Assembly: GCA_050575255.1 (NCBI GenBank)
Contig: JBNZDD010013632.1
Span: 960,905 to 1,024,904 of the forward strand
From: Harriotta raleighana
Taxonomy: Eukaryota
Reading direction: 5' to 3'
Length of the DNA stretch: 64,000 bases
The notes under the pieces were generated by a model. It was not told the DNA's origin and did no database searches. It was given only the letters and a program-made list of their open reading frames with translations. Both the position numbers and the translations under genes were made by a program. This document shows positions 12,161 to 24,200 of the stretch, one piece after another (the first letter of the stretch is position 1; each line of letters opens with the position of its first letter).

Positions 12161-12569
12161 CCCTAGATGGTTAATGTATACCCTAAGCAACTAAAGAAAT
12201 GCCTTTTTAAAAACTTTTGGTTTTCCTCTTCAGTTGTTAATTTGATGCCTTTGTATGAGATTAATGCACGACTGAATCCATTATACTGAATCCTTTCACC
12301 CTTACCAACAAATAGGGTGATCTGGTAACAGGAGCAGGATGGCATAAATCCCTCATATCTTCAAACCAGGATCCTAAAGGAAAGCCTCTGAATAAGAAAA
12401 CCTTTTTCTGTCTTTAAGCCACCGTTTACTTTGACATTGGTATACGAGGACTCCGATTCCAAACCTGATTTTTCAATCTGTGTTTAAGCTCTGCGAATGC
12501 CAGCACGTGTGAAGGACGCTACATATTGCAAGTTGTTTGTTGGCCTGAGTGATCTACCAAACTAGCCAA

Positions 12570-12656
12570 AACAACAACAACAAAATTACACTACTATGGT
12601 GCCTTTCATGTCAGGAGGATGTCCCAAGGCGCTGAAGGATGTCCCGAGGTGCTGGG
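12570..12656 (-). mobile_element. L2 3' tail with internal 20-bp duplication
   Basis: (aca)n aaattac..gcctttcatgtcaggaggatgtcccaaggcgctg aaggatgtcccgaggtgctg. Confidence 0.75.
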
Positions 12657-13714
12657 AATACCACAAAGACCAGCACATGAACATCACCTTATAAGTAGTT
12701 CAACATATTTAGGTACATTATAATAATCCTTGCATTTGATATATCCCTACAAATGTTGTAGATACAGTACTATCTTATTGACATTGTTTCAAAGCCCATG
12801 TTACAGGAATTATGATTGTACTGTCTCACAAGCCATTTGACAAATGAGTGACATATTTCTGAGAATTGAACTCAGAACAAGCTTCCAGCAATGCCTATTT
12901 TCTTCTTACACATGACAGAAGAGGCCCTGCTTTCATAGAGACTAGCTGTGGCCTCCCAAAAGGCTGCTGTGTTTGCAAAACTAGGAAAGCGTGCAACATG
13001 TCACAAGGAGTTAATTGTCTTTTTTTCTCTGACATTTCATCAAAGAGGATTACACAATTAAATCTGTCATAAACTACCTCTGTAATAATTGGATTATATT
13101 AAACCCTTCTGCTATTATGGTACTGAACCATATCCTTTCTTGCTTACCACCGTGCAAGAGAAAATTGCTAGCTATCTTTGATGCTTCACAGCCCCTATTT
13201 GTCTGCCCAAGAATGTTGTTAAGGGGAAGACTCTAAGGGTACATACAATACGCACAGCATTTCACTGGGTTACAAATGAAGAAGCATGGCATGTGGTCCA
13301 ACTTAGATCTTCTACCACCTTAAGTGGTGCTGCAAATACAGGACAAAGTACAGCAATAACTGTGAAATACCTGCGGAGCGCAAATAATCTTCTTCTATTC
13401 AAGTTCCATGCAGCTTTCAAAACTCCTTTCCAACAGGCAGCAGCCGTAAAAGTAATTTTCTGTAGATTTTTCTTTTCAGCTGAATTTTGTCAGGATGTGC
13501 CAAAAAAGATAACCAGGAAAACATCGGTATTGCTAGTGTTCAAATTGAAGAGATTAATTTTCTGTATTATTTGTGTTCCTAACCATTTTATTTTGTGGGA
13601 ATACTGAAATTAAACTAATTAATTTTTATATCTACTGGATAAACCAGAGTGCACTCACTGCACAGCGCAACTCTACTTAGCAACATATGTCGCAATCGTT
13701 TAGGGGTTCACAAA

Positions 13715-13900
13715 ATTTGTTTGGATGATCAAGACTCTTCAGCCCATCTGATCTCAATTCTTCCAAAATACTTGTTCTACCCTGCTCCCAGTACAGTGTC
13801 AAGCTCTGTTATTTCTGTGTTTTAAATGAGACCAATGTCCTGCCCTCAACCATCATTCCTGGGAACCTGTTGCAGTTGTTAATTAACCTCTGAAGAAAGT
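13715..13900 (-). mobile_element. Old CR1 3' fragment
   Basis: ttcagcccatc...ttttaaatgagaccaatgtcctgccctcaaccatcattcctgggaacctgttgcag resembles an antisense CR1 ORF2 end/3'UTR. Confidence 0.5.
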
Positions 13901-14569
13901 AAAGGTCTGCTTTGTGTCATGGTGAGGTGGGGGAAGGGAGAGGAATGAATAGAGATGTTAAAATGTGATCAATAGATTAATCCATAGCAAGTACACTTCA
14001 GATGGATCTGTGCTGTAATAAACTGCAACCAGAAGTTTTGGTTGTTGATACAGCAGATATCCTGTAAACTTGATAGAGTAAAGTGCCTCCTGAGGAAAGC
14101 AGGCAGTGATGACTTGAGAAATGACTTTGAATGTTGCTGACTACTGACTGCTCTTTGATGCTTTGGCTCAGGCCTGAACGGTGTCAGTAGCAGAGGAAAT
14201 GATCACAGGGGTCACCTTCACTGTCACCAACAGAGTAGAATTGTTGTGATTCTGACACAACAAATCCTCTTTTAACTTTTCATGCAAGTCATGCAGCATT
14301 TGCTTATTAAATCTAAATCTCTTGAAACAGAAGGTGTCAGGTAAATCAATAAAACAAATTTGATGCCTGCAAACCCTGAAGGGTGCTTCTCGTTCCTATA
14401 TTCTCACTTACCTTTATGATCGTCAGCCATTTTTACTACAGGTCTTTATATGCCACATCATCATTTACTTCACTGCAGAGTGGAGTATGGTTTGCGGAGA
14501 AATTGATAACTCTTAACTCCCTATTTTGTGAATGAAATTGCAATCTTCACTTGAACAATACACAAGTTA

Positions 14570-14790
14570 CAAAACGATTATATTTGTATCCACGTCAGGA
14601 TGATGCTTTGAAGCACTTCACAGTGCTCGATGGACATTCAAGCTGAGGGTGGGTGCTAAGGGTAAGGGGGTCAAAAGGTACGTTTACAGACATGTCTTGA
14701 ATGAGGATAGAGAGAGAGAGAGGGGGGTGGGGAGATCACTGGATGGAAGTGATGGAATTCCAGAGGCTGGGGACAAGTGGCAGACTAGCT
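14570..14790 (-). mobile_element. Old L2 3' fragment
   Basis: Tail-like cacgtcaggatgatgctttgaagcacttcaca, then gtcttgaatgagg...ggaattccagaggctgggg (antisense of LWNS motif). Confidence 0.6.
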
Positions 14791-15544
14791 CCCCAAAGAG
14801 ACTTGGGATTTTCAGAAAATTGGGGTTGCCCAGTCAAAAGTCCAAACAAAATTGCAGGATTCAGGCAGTGATTTACCATTATAGCTATCACTCATGAGAG
14901 AAAGCAAGCTCTGAGTGTTGAGTGGCTGGTCTGAGCTGTCAGGCAGTTGTTGAGCATTGACGTGAACATACTGTATATGCCCTTTAGGAACAATACAATG
15001 TAGATCTGAGTGAGGAAGATTAATTTCGAATTTGGCTGAAATTGGATTCCTCGGAATAGACCAGGATTGAAGCATGCAACTATCTGTTTGCCACTGGGGG
15101 AGTGCATTTACATGTTTTTCTCTGCTTTTACAGTTAATGAGCAAAACGACTCGATGATTAGTTAGCATACCAACTGCAAAGAGCAATGGATTTTTATTCT
15201 CTGAGTTGCTATCATCTGCAAGCAGATCTGAGCTGCGAGCACTTTGCTGGGCGTTCACAGTAAAACTCGCACAAGTCATATCAGTCGGGATCATAACATT
15301 TAATATGATTTTTGCAATGTTGAAGTTGCAGGCAAACTGTATAACTGTACCTGCACACCAGATCCATATTCTCCTCTCTAACCATCTTGTTGAGTTGAAA
15401 ACTCCCCCCAAAAAATTATGTTGAAAAAGCAAATGTTCAAATAGTGACAACTGTGGCCAATTCCTTCATCTTTGAATCTAATTCTCCAGTTCCAGTTAAC
15501 AAAATTAAATAGCCATACAATGCTGTCCTATGAAAAGGCGCACA

Positions 15545-16943
15545 CTGGGCCAGCGCTATCTCTAGGTGAACTAGGCGGTCGCCTAGGGCCCCAAAATATT
15601 TAAAGCGAGGATAATGAAGAGCTGGTGATGTAAATGAGAGAGTGAGCGTGTGAGTGGGTTGATTAGCCTCTTCATCGCTCGCTGCTTTAAAGAGCAGAGT
15701 TTGGTGCCAACACTCACCGAGGCACGCATCGAGGAGATCAGTGTAGGAGAGCATGGAGAAGCACTCCAGTGTCAGGTCGCTTCACCCATCCCCCCNCTCA
15801 CCGAGGCACGCATCGAGGAGATCAGTGTAGGAGAGCATGGAGAAGCGATCCAGTGTCAGGTCGCTTCACCCATCCCCCCCACACACACACCAAAAAAATC
15901 ACAACACACTCGGGTATTTTATTTTTAAAAATACATAATAAGAAAACTACAAATTTCTGGTTGTTGAAAAGGGGGTCTCTTGCATTATAATCTCCTTTAG
16001 AGGGACGCGTTGGTGCTTAACAGTTGAATGAGTCCGTGAGCAGCTCCAAATCAGGGTCAATCAAAAGCCAACACTGCAAATGTCAGCACAAAGTGAGTTT
16101 CCATTAGGCATGTCTCGGGCTTCTCCCCAACCACTCACAAGGCTCCAGCAACATTCACAATTCTATTTCTTTTTTTGCTAAATCTAATTTATTAGCTTTC
16201 AAAGTCAAACATTATGCCTTTAAATGACCTGTTTTAATTTGTATAATAGATACAAACCAAACATAATAAAGCCAGTATTACAGGGATTATATGTATCCAA
16301 CTATACTTTATCTTCCTTCCCTCGCCTCTCCCCACCCCCACCCCCACCCCCACATTTTTGTTTAACTTCATAATGTATTTAATCTATTATGATGTGGAGA
16401 AAAATATTTGGTGTTATCATGATTTGTTTTGATTGTAGATCGCTAAATAGAAGTTATTAAAAATCCGTGTCCGAATGATACAGACACAAAAAGTGAAAGA
16501 GAGAATGAGAAAAAGGATTCCTGTGAAATATGACTGACTGATTGACTAACTCTTGTGCAAAGCCTTGCTTCCACTTGATGTATTTTCCCATTAGGATATG
16601 CATCTGTTCCTGACATACATGAACATTTATATTCACAGATGAATTGATGTACACACATATATACATACAGACACAACATAGACATACTTATTTACATGTG
16701 AATGACGAGCCTTTACAAATTATATATGCTTTTGTGTGTGTATGCAGTATGCTGTGCATGCTTATTACTTAAATAAAACAGAAGTATGTTTCATAAATAA
16801 ATGAATAACTACTGTATTACCATTACTTTCATGGATAATTAATTATATGAATTTTTAATATTAACATTAGCTTATCAAAAGTTACTAGGGGGTGTACATC
16901 TGATGGCTCACCTAAGGTGCCAAATACCCTTGCGCCGGCCCTT
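15545..16943. mobile_element. Non-autonomous hAT (Tip100-like) DNA transposon, ~1.4 kb
   Basis: Termini ctgggccagcgc / gcgccggccctt (consensus CAGGGCCGGCGC); subterminal gcctagggcccc / cacctaaggtgcc; 8-bp TSD ggcgcaca / ggtacaca differing only at a CpG. Confidence 0.8.
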
Positions 16944-17242
16944 GGTACACAAACGGTAATGTCTCAAAACTACCTTGACCACATAATAGCAAATTGCTAT
17001 GTTTGCCAGATCCTCATCAGAGACAAGGATTAGTCCTTGGTTGCTGCTTCCCTGAGTAGCTGGACAGTTTATTGGGACATAATTGAATAAAAACATGTTT
17101 TCTTTGGTAGATGCCAATGGCAAATCTCACATGGATTGAGTTCCGAATGGTTCGGGTTGTTAGACACGGTGTTTACTGCAGTCTTTCTTTAAGTAATAAT
17201 GTGATAATAAATTCCTCAATTGCCCAGCGTTGTGTTCAATAG

Positions 17243-17310
17243 TAATAATAATAATACAATACTTGCATTTGATATAGCGCTTTGCACGTTTTTTAGATGT
17301 CTCGAAGCAA
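17243..17310 (-). mobile_element. SINE 3' tail
   Basis: cttgcatttgatatagcgctttgcacgttttttagatgtctcgaagc. Confidence 0.8.
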
Positions 17311-18289
17311 AATATGATTCCTAACACAATGAATAATCAGATTTACCTGGTTTCACTTCGGCCTTCATGGATATAAATTGCAGATTCGTCCATCCAAGTT
17401 AGCAGCGAGGATCACAAACAGAATTCAATTCTTTTGGATTTTTTCTATAGGTAAGAATTTTAAAGTTGATGCCATTATCCCGAAGGGAGTCAATATGCCT
17501 TGAACATTTTTTTAAACTTTATTTAGTATGGGATTACATTTCTGATGTGTTCTTACCCAAGTCAGATACATTGTCAAATTGGTTACGTGTTGATCAGATT
17601 CCCTTGGGGACAAGGCAGATTAATGGCAAAATGTTCACACTGGTAAAAACTACATGTGGTACAATCGGTCTTGACACAGTTGTCCACAGTCTGTGATGTG
17701 TCTGTGTGTGTATAGCTTGCTAATTTTAAGGCAGAGTGCTACACTTCTGCTGATAAATGTGCAAAAATTAACACAGCAAATTTCACTGCTTGTTTTAACA
17801 TAGATCTATCAATCTTGGCAAATGGCTGGCTTTCTTCTTCCTTGCATGCTTTGTATTTTTAGCTACAGCAAACAGTCCCGTCTTCACACAAAGATGAAAG
17901 TTTCGCCTGATACTGGATTATTTTGAGGCAATCTGTATTTGTGCCGATGGCATATTTGTGATTGTTCATTTTATTGTATTGTTTGTTGTTATTCAAGGTC
18001 TGTTGCAATTGCTCACATCATGATATTTAGGCTGATAAAGCCTTTTAAAATGGAATTAATTATGCATTTAAAATCTGTATATAATTCGATAGTGCTAAAA
18101 ATGTCCAATTATTTGAAATTTGAATCTGATAAATCCAAGAAAAGATATATGATATATAAATTCATACAAAATTAGGAGGGTCGGTGATGGTGGGGGTGGG
18201 GGGATTAGAATGTTTCTCAACAATGTGGATTAATTCTGTTAAGAAACATCACTTTTTAAATGCCAATCAATTTTATGGGTAGAGTCATT

Positions 18290-18400
18290 GAGACAAATCA
18301 TTTTATCTGGCGGATTGTTGGCTGGGAAACTGGGAGACACTCCCTTCTCTCTTTGAATAGTAAAAAGGGATCTATAATGTCCACCTGGACAGGCAGACAA
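18290..18400 (-). mobile_element. Old DeuSINE (SacSINE/AmnSINE-like) core fragment
   Basis: ttggctgggaaactgggagacactcccttctctctttgaatagt..gggatctataatgtccacctg is the antisense Deu domain. Confidence 0.6.
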
Positions 18401-18639
18401 AGCTTTTGCTTTACCTGATGTTCTCACCAATGGATTGATTTTCCTTTACCAAGATGAGCTATTTAGCGAGCCACTACCTCATCATTCTCGAACACATGAA
18501 TTTTTCCCCTTAAAAAGTCTCAGGATTGAGCACCAGTATGCACTGAACTAGTAAGCCTTGGTTCATGGTTCCAATGGGAGCCTCAGTCAACCATGTATGG
18601 TCAGAAGTGGGGGAAATCAGCCAATACTACCTTCATTGC

Positions 18640-18905
18640 AATTTGTGGGACATTGCTATGCCCAAATTGACTGCTGTGTTTCCCAAAATATAGTCACTAC
18701 ACCTATACGGTATACAGTTCTGCGATTCCAGTTAACAATCCGCCAGATAAAATGATCTATTTCAATGTTTCTTTACGGGATATTGTTGGGCACAGGTTGA
18801 TTGCAGTGTTTGCCTGCAATTACAGTCACTACACTTTCCACGTGAAGCGCTGTGGGAGATCTCAATGTGATAGGGCACTCTATCAAATGCAAGGATCATT
18901 ATATC
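18640..18905 (+). mobile_element. Two degenerate Deu-core SINE pieces
   Basis: tttgtgggacattgctatgcccaaattgactgctgtgtttccc and a second core ending gtgaagcgctgtggga..tatcaaatgcaaggatcattat. Confidence 0.65.
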
Positions 18906-19769
18906 AAGCAAACATTATGGGATTCCGCCACAGGCTTTCAGCCTCCTCTGTTTGGTATTGCATTAACTGGTAACAAGTAACCTGCCAGCCAGAAACAGGC
19001 TTTACATCAGCCACTTTAAACTATTGTGCACAGCAATGAAATTCAATTTTAAATGTAACTATAAGCATCATGTATAATCAGGAAATATACTGCCTTTCAC
19101 AAATAGATATAAAATGCAAATCTCAATAATTTTGCAGTGGTAGCAATGGAAAAATTACATATTTTTTAACCACACAAAGTAAAATGATTGTATGCTGCTG
19201 CTGAACATGCACAAGGGAAACAAATAACACACAATTCTGTCGCAAAAGAAACACAACTTCATACATTTAATAGGTGCACTTTATACCAAACCAATTTTCC
19301 AGCTTTATGAATCTACAGACCAATTTATTTTATGTTCATGTATCTCAAAAGTAATACTTATACTGTATGTAAATTGTGCATGTAGGTTATGAATCGACAT
19401 GCTACTTTTCAGAGCATTACTCTTTAGCTATATTGGTTTTCTCAAGTTGTGTTGATATTGATTACTTCCCCCAGTTTTTCCACAGTGCTCAGTTTTCACA
19501 ATGTAGTACATGGTGTCTGAAATGTGAAAATATATAATGACAATCGTTACATGTGATGCAATAGTTTCACAAGTCAAGGATATCCCAAAGCGTTTCTCGG
19601 AATTTTGTGCTGTAGTACAGTGCTGGATGTCCTCCCAAAGCGAAAGGCACTGTACAAATGTACTTTGGTGTTATTGTGGTGGTAGTGGTGGTGACTGTGC
19701 ATTTCGTAGCTGAATGGCTTTTGTGTAACTTATATTGCTCAGCATTTAAGATCATAAATGTACCTGATT

Positions 19770-20120
19770 CATGCACGTAGGCAGAAGGCTCAGCCTCTGA
19801 TAGCACAGGGATGTGAAGTGAGGTGGGGTCATGGAAGCATTTGAAAGTCAGGTCAGGAATCCTGAAGTTGATCTTCTGGGGAAATGGGAACCCAGTGGGG
19901 CTGATTAAGAATGGGAGGTGATGGGCTTGTGGAGTCTGGTGCGGAATAGGACATGGGCAGCAAAGCTGTGGATAGTCTGCAGCTTGTGATGGGAAGAGAT
20001 GGGGAATCGGGTGAGAAAAAATGTTTGCATAGAGCAATATCGGACTCTCCCCAAAAAATGAAAGGCAGAAAGGATGAAAGCTTGGTCATCGGTGGTGTGG
20101 GGGACATGAAAGCTGACTGG
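19770..20120 (-). mobile_element. L2 ORF2 C-terminal fragment
   Basis: Decayed PHWVPI..INFRI..LTFKCFH motif (L2 LHWLP..RIxFK). Confidence 0.75.
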
Positions 20121-21074
20121 CGTAATGTAAACACACATTTTTATTTAGTTCGAATCCACATCTCATTTTGTAGAAGTGCAAGTGATGTCAGTCAACCTAA
20201 CAGCACATACACGGAAATCAATGTCCCAGATCACCACACGCCTACAGATAAATGAGAAGGTTTGCTGTCAGGAGGCAGAAGTGATTGATTTTTAAAACTT
20301 AAGAAATTAAAAATGTGCAGCGACATCACATTTTGAAAAACAACTCCTTAATTTGACAGTATCCATTCTGGGCTTCTGGTAATCTTACAGATTTTGGTGG
20401 AGAGAGAGGGAGAGACTGAGTTGTTTCTCTGCATGTAATTTTTTTAAAAAAAATTATGCAAGGTGGGGTGGCTGATATGTAAGGAAAAATTCAAAAAAAA
20501 TCAGGAAACATGGTGGGGGTGGGGGGGAGTGGAAAGAAGCAAGACCAACAGAGAATGCACCAACTTTGTTCTGCGGAATTGAAATAAGCATGTGTTGATT
20601 CCCACAGAACAGAATTAGACCTAACCATTATCCTCATCAAAACTGCTGGAATAGTCAGCAACCGTAGGATTTAAAACTAAAGCACATTCAACCATCACCA
20701 ACATGGGATGCATTTTCCAAATGCTGGTAATTTGTATGCCAATGCCAACAGTATAAGTAAAAACATTTGCGGAGAAAAAGCAAAGATCAGGATGCTTTTA
20801 CATCCAGCATACAGAAAGATTTTGATTGAATCCTCTGGTTATGTCAAAAGTAATATATGAGCTGATATACACAGCCTGATCTAAGATGGTTTGCAGGAGA
20901 AGGAAGCCCAATTTATGGCCAGGAACAATGTATGGGTGTGTGTGCATGCATGTATGTAAAAAAAATTCTGCAACAAAACAGATGATAGAAGATGTTTCAT
21001 TGACCAAATGGAGGAAACAGTCCAAGAATCATAGAAATTTCCAGCACAGAAGGAGCTATTCAGCCGAAGCTGTC

Positions 21075-21170
21075 TATTCAATCAGAAGATCAGCCTTATT
21101 GAATGGTAGAGCAGGCTCGAAGGCCCGAATGGCCTATTCCTGCTCCTAATTCTTTTGTTCTTATGTTCTA
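21075..21170 (+). mobile_element. CR1 3' end
   Basis: gatcagccttattgaatggtagagcaggctcgaaggcccgaatggcctattcctgctcct..ttcttatgttct. Confidence 0.85.
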
Positions 21171-21427
21171 ATCCTACTCTCCCACCCTGACCCTCTAACC
21201 CTTCAAGCTTTTATCTTTAATTTTACCTGTCAATTAATAATATCTCAATCATCACTCTTGATTGGCAGATTATAACAAATTACACATTTTGTAGTAATAT
21301 AATAGTCCTCGCAATTTTCAAATCAAATTAAAGTTAATGAAAAGTTACAATGATAGGTGAAGAGGTCAACCATCAAGTAACCCATGCTTCTTATTTTGCT
21401 TAAAATTAAACTCATCAGCGTTCAGTG

Positions 21428-21583
21428 ATAGATTATATTCTATCAGAGTGTCAAAGGATATGGGGAGAAAGTGGGAAATTGAATTGAAAGGATTAGTTGA
21501 GGTACAGATCAGCCATGATCTAATTAAATGATGGAACAGGCTCGAAAGGCTGAATTGCCTACTCCTCTTCCAATGTTCCTATG
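21428..21583 (+). mobile_element. CR1 3' end
   Basis: tcaaaggatatggggagaaa..agatcagccatgatct..gaacaggctcgaaaggctgaattgcctactcct. Confidence 0.85.
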
Positions 21584-23583
21584 ATTTAAATGCTAGACCC
21601 ACTTGTAAGGGATCTCTGACAAAGAAAACAATCATTCACTCTCTAACCTGCCGATTCCTTTCATTATTTCAATCAATTTGCCCCTTAATCTACACTGTTC
21701 TAAAATATATACCCAGCCTCTACCAAAATAGAATATATAAAAAGAATTAACTGTCTAAAAGGATTCAGATTAAGCAAACAGTACAGATGAGTGATGTTAT
21801 GTTTGTGACAGATTATGGCAACATGAATTTAAAATAGACCTTTTATTTTTCAAGAGTAAATCTTGGCTGGTAAAAGTATGCATGAATTTCAATCCAGCAA
21901 CACAAACCATTTGGAAGGAGCAGCAAACTGAAAGGTTTGTGCTCACAACTCTTGGGAGGAGATAAAGAAAAGCCCTAGAAGGTATCCACAGCTAAAAATC
22001 ACATTATTTTCAGTACTGAATCAACTACTGGCTGTTAATTAATTGGTGACTTGCATTTTGAAAATTAATCATATGATTTATTGTGTGCAAGTCTTTGTTT
22101 CTTAAGATCCTGCAAAAAAAAGGTTCCATAAGGAGGTCCTTCCTTACTTACACTTACTAACAATCAGTTAAAAATATGGATAAATACTGGTTCAGCAGAA
22201 TGATGAGGTCAAAATTAATTGCTGTGATGACACATCTCAGAACATGTCTAAGAATTCACTAATATGATTATGAATAATGTCCACGAATTTATAACTGATA
22301 AGCAGTAATTGCGCAGTGATTATTCAGAGCCGTTAACCTGATGAAAGCAAAGCCCTTTTCTTATAAGTATCCAACATCCATTAACTCTTTCTATTCCTAT
22401 ACTGGTACAATGTATACTCTAACTATTTATTGTAACATCTTGTGCACGATTTGCCTGAAGCATTCCCCCACAAATTCTGTCGTCACATTTTACAATATAT
22501 CCTAGGAAGTGCTTTTAACATGTTCTACTTTAATGAAGAGAAAACTATATACATTCTACATTCAATTCATCGAGAGATTAATCAAATTGTTTAGGAGAAT
22601 TCCTGGTTTGGGGTAGGTGGGGGAAATAGATGAGAATTCCATAGAGATTCCTTATTTAGAGATCTAGTTAAGAAATACAGAACATTAGACTCTATAATCC
22701 AATGGATGTTAATATGGCCAGTTTTGAACATATCAGGTCCTGTATAGCAGTTGTTAGATTCATGCAGAGTAACNGAGTAAAATTTTGTTAGCTCTTGCTC
22801 ACATTTGTCTTCACTTCAAACACAGAAGAGCCAATATTTCATTTTCTAACCATTTTCTAGTTTATCTTAATATTGTCAATTTTGTGCCAAAATATGGGTA
22901 GTTTATGCTGCTGGTGCACACACATGCTAGAACTAGACACTTGGTTGCTGCTGCCCCCAATTAATTTCTTACATGATTCACAGTCGCTGAGTAAGCTTGG
23001 CTGTATTCAAACTCAGGCCCAGAGGTGAAAGGACATTGCTTCACATAATGAGTTACTTTGAAGTGTAATGACTGTAGGCAAATGCAGCATCAACTAATCT
23101 GTGCCAATACACTACCATAAATACCAAAGAGAATACTGACAAAATTTCATTCCCATATTTGCTAAATTTGGGCAAGAGAATAATCTTGTCCAGGACACCG
23201 GGAGAAATGTTTATTAATACTGTCCTGTGAGCAATTTATTAAAAACTAAATATACACCCATTTCAGGCAGTGACTCAAATAAATGAATATGCCAAATCCA
23301 TGTTACATTCAATATGGGAAATTGCACTGGACATCATTTTTCTCTCCCTGTCATAACCTTTCTTGTTGCAATGTTTTTTAGTCCAAGTTAATGTTCCCAG
23401 CAACACCTCTGTTGTCCTGCCTTGTGACTCCTTATGCGTATATCCTTCTGCCATTCTGATATCCAAAGTGTACAACCTCATACTTTGTCATAAAGAACAT
23501 TGTTCAATTTCACAGAGACTGAGAGAAAGCGTGAGCTAGGAATATTGGGCATCAGTACAATGAAAGGACAGTCAAAAAAGGAG

Positions 23584-24200
23584 ATAATAATAATAATCTT
23601 GCATTTGATATACAGTAAAACCTCGTTTATCCGGCACCCTCGGGGGGGTCGACTAATTGACTATGATGGATAAACGGGAAACAAGTTGACGAAAACCCAA
23701 CATAAAAAATCAACATATTTTAAAACAATCCATGTTAATAATAGACTGTAACAGAATATTGTATGGATACTTACCAAAAAAGCATTTCAGCACACTCGGC
23801 AAAAAGATTGGTAAAAAATGCCTTTTTAAGAGAAGACCAAATACACAAAAAAAAACGAAGGAAATATGAACTAATAATAACTGGGGTAAATATATTTATT
23901 TAGCACCCCTCAGGCAAGATAGCCTGATCGGTAAAAAATCCAAGTGCATAAGTTTAATAACTTTGCATTGCACGCATGCGCAAAGTGAGCAAACTCGCGA
24001 TTGCTGGTAAAGGGAATTGCCCCGTGAGGGGGTCGAGCAATCCAGTTGATCAGGTCATGAATAAACAAGGTTTTACTGTAATCTCTTCAAGACATTTCAT
24101 AGTGCTTCGCACAAGAAACTGTAAAGTGAATTGACAGTATATTTTGAGGGCAAAATACGGCAGACAATGTCTCGCAGTGTAGATTGAGTGATCAAATTAT
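23584..24200 (-). mobile_element. SINE interrupted by a Tigger-like MITE (pieces 23584-23612 and 24081-24200)
   Basis: Tail (aat)n cttgcatttgatata resumes after the MITE as ..gtgcttcgcac..actgtaaagtgaattgacagtatatttt. Confidence 0.75.
23613..24078. mobile_element. pogo/Tigger-like (Tc1/mariner) MITE
   Basis: TIRs cagtaaaacctcgtttat / ataaacaaggttttactg flanked by TA TSDs at 23611-12 and 24079-80. Confidence 0.9.

Noticed and set aside
14101-14152. C/D box snoRNA-like motif (GTGATGA...CTGA with gcag/ctgc ends)
   Set aside because: Only ~50 nt, terminal stem spacing does not fit a k-turn, no recognisable rRNA guide
15650-15990. ORFs with a duplicated peptide (LTEARIEEISVGEHGE...)
   Set aside because: The duplication is centred on n at 15796 (probable assembly artefact) inside a DNA transposon
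22200-22300. ATGATGA/GTGATGA/CTGA snoRNA-like boxes
   Set aside because: No terminal stem; such motifs are common by chance in AT-rich DNA
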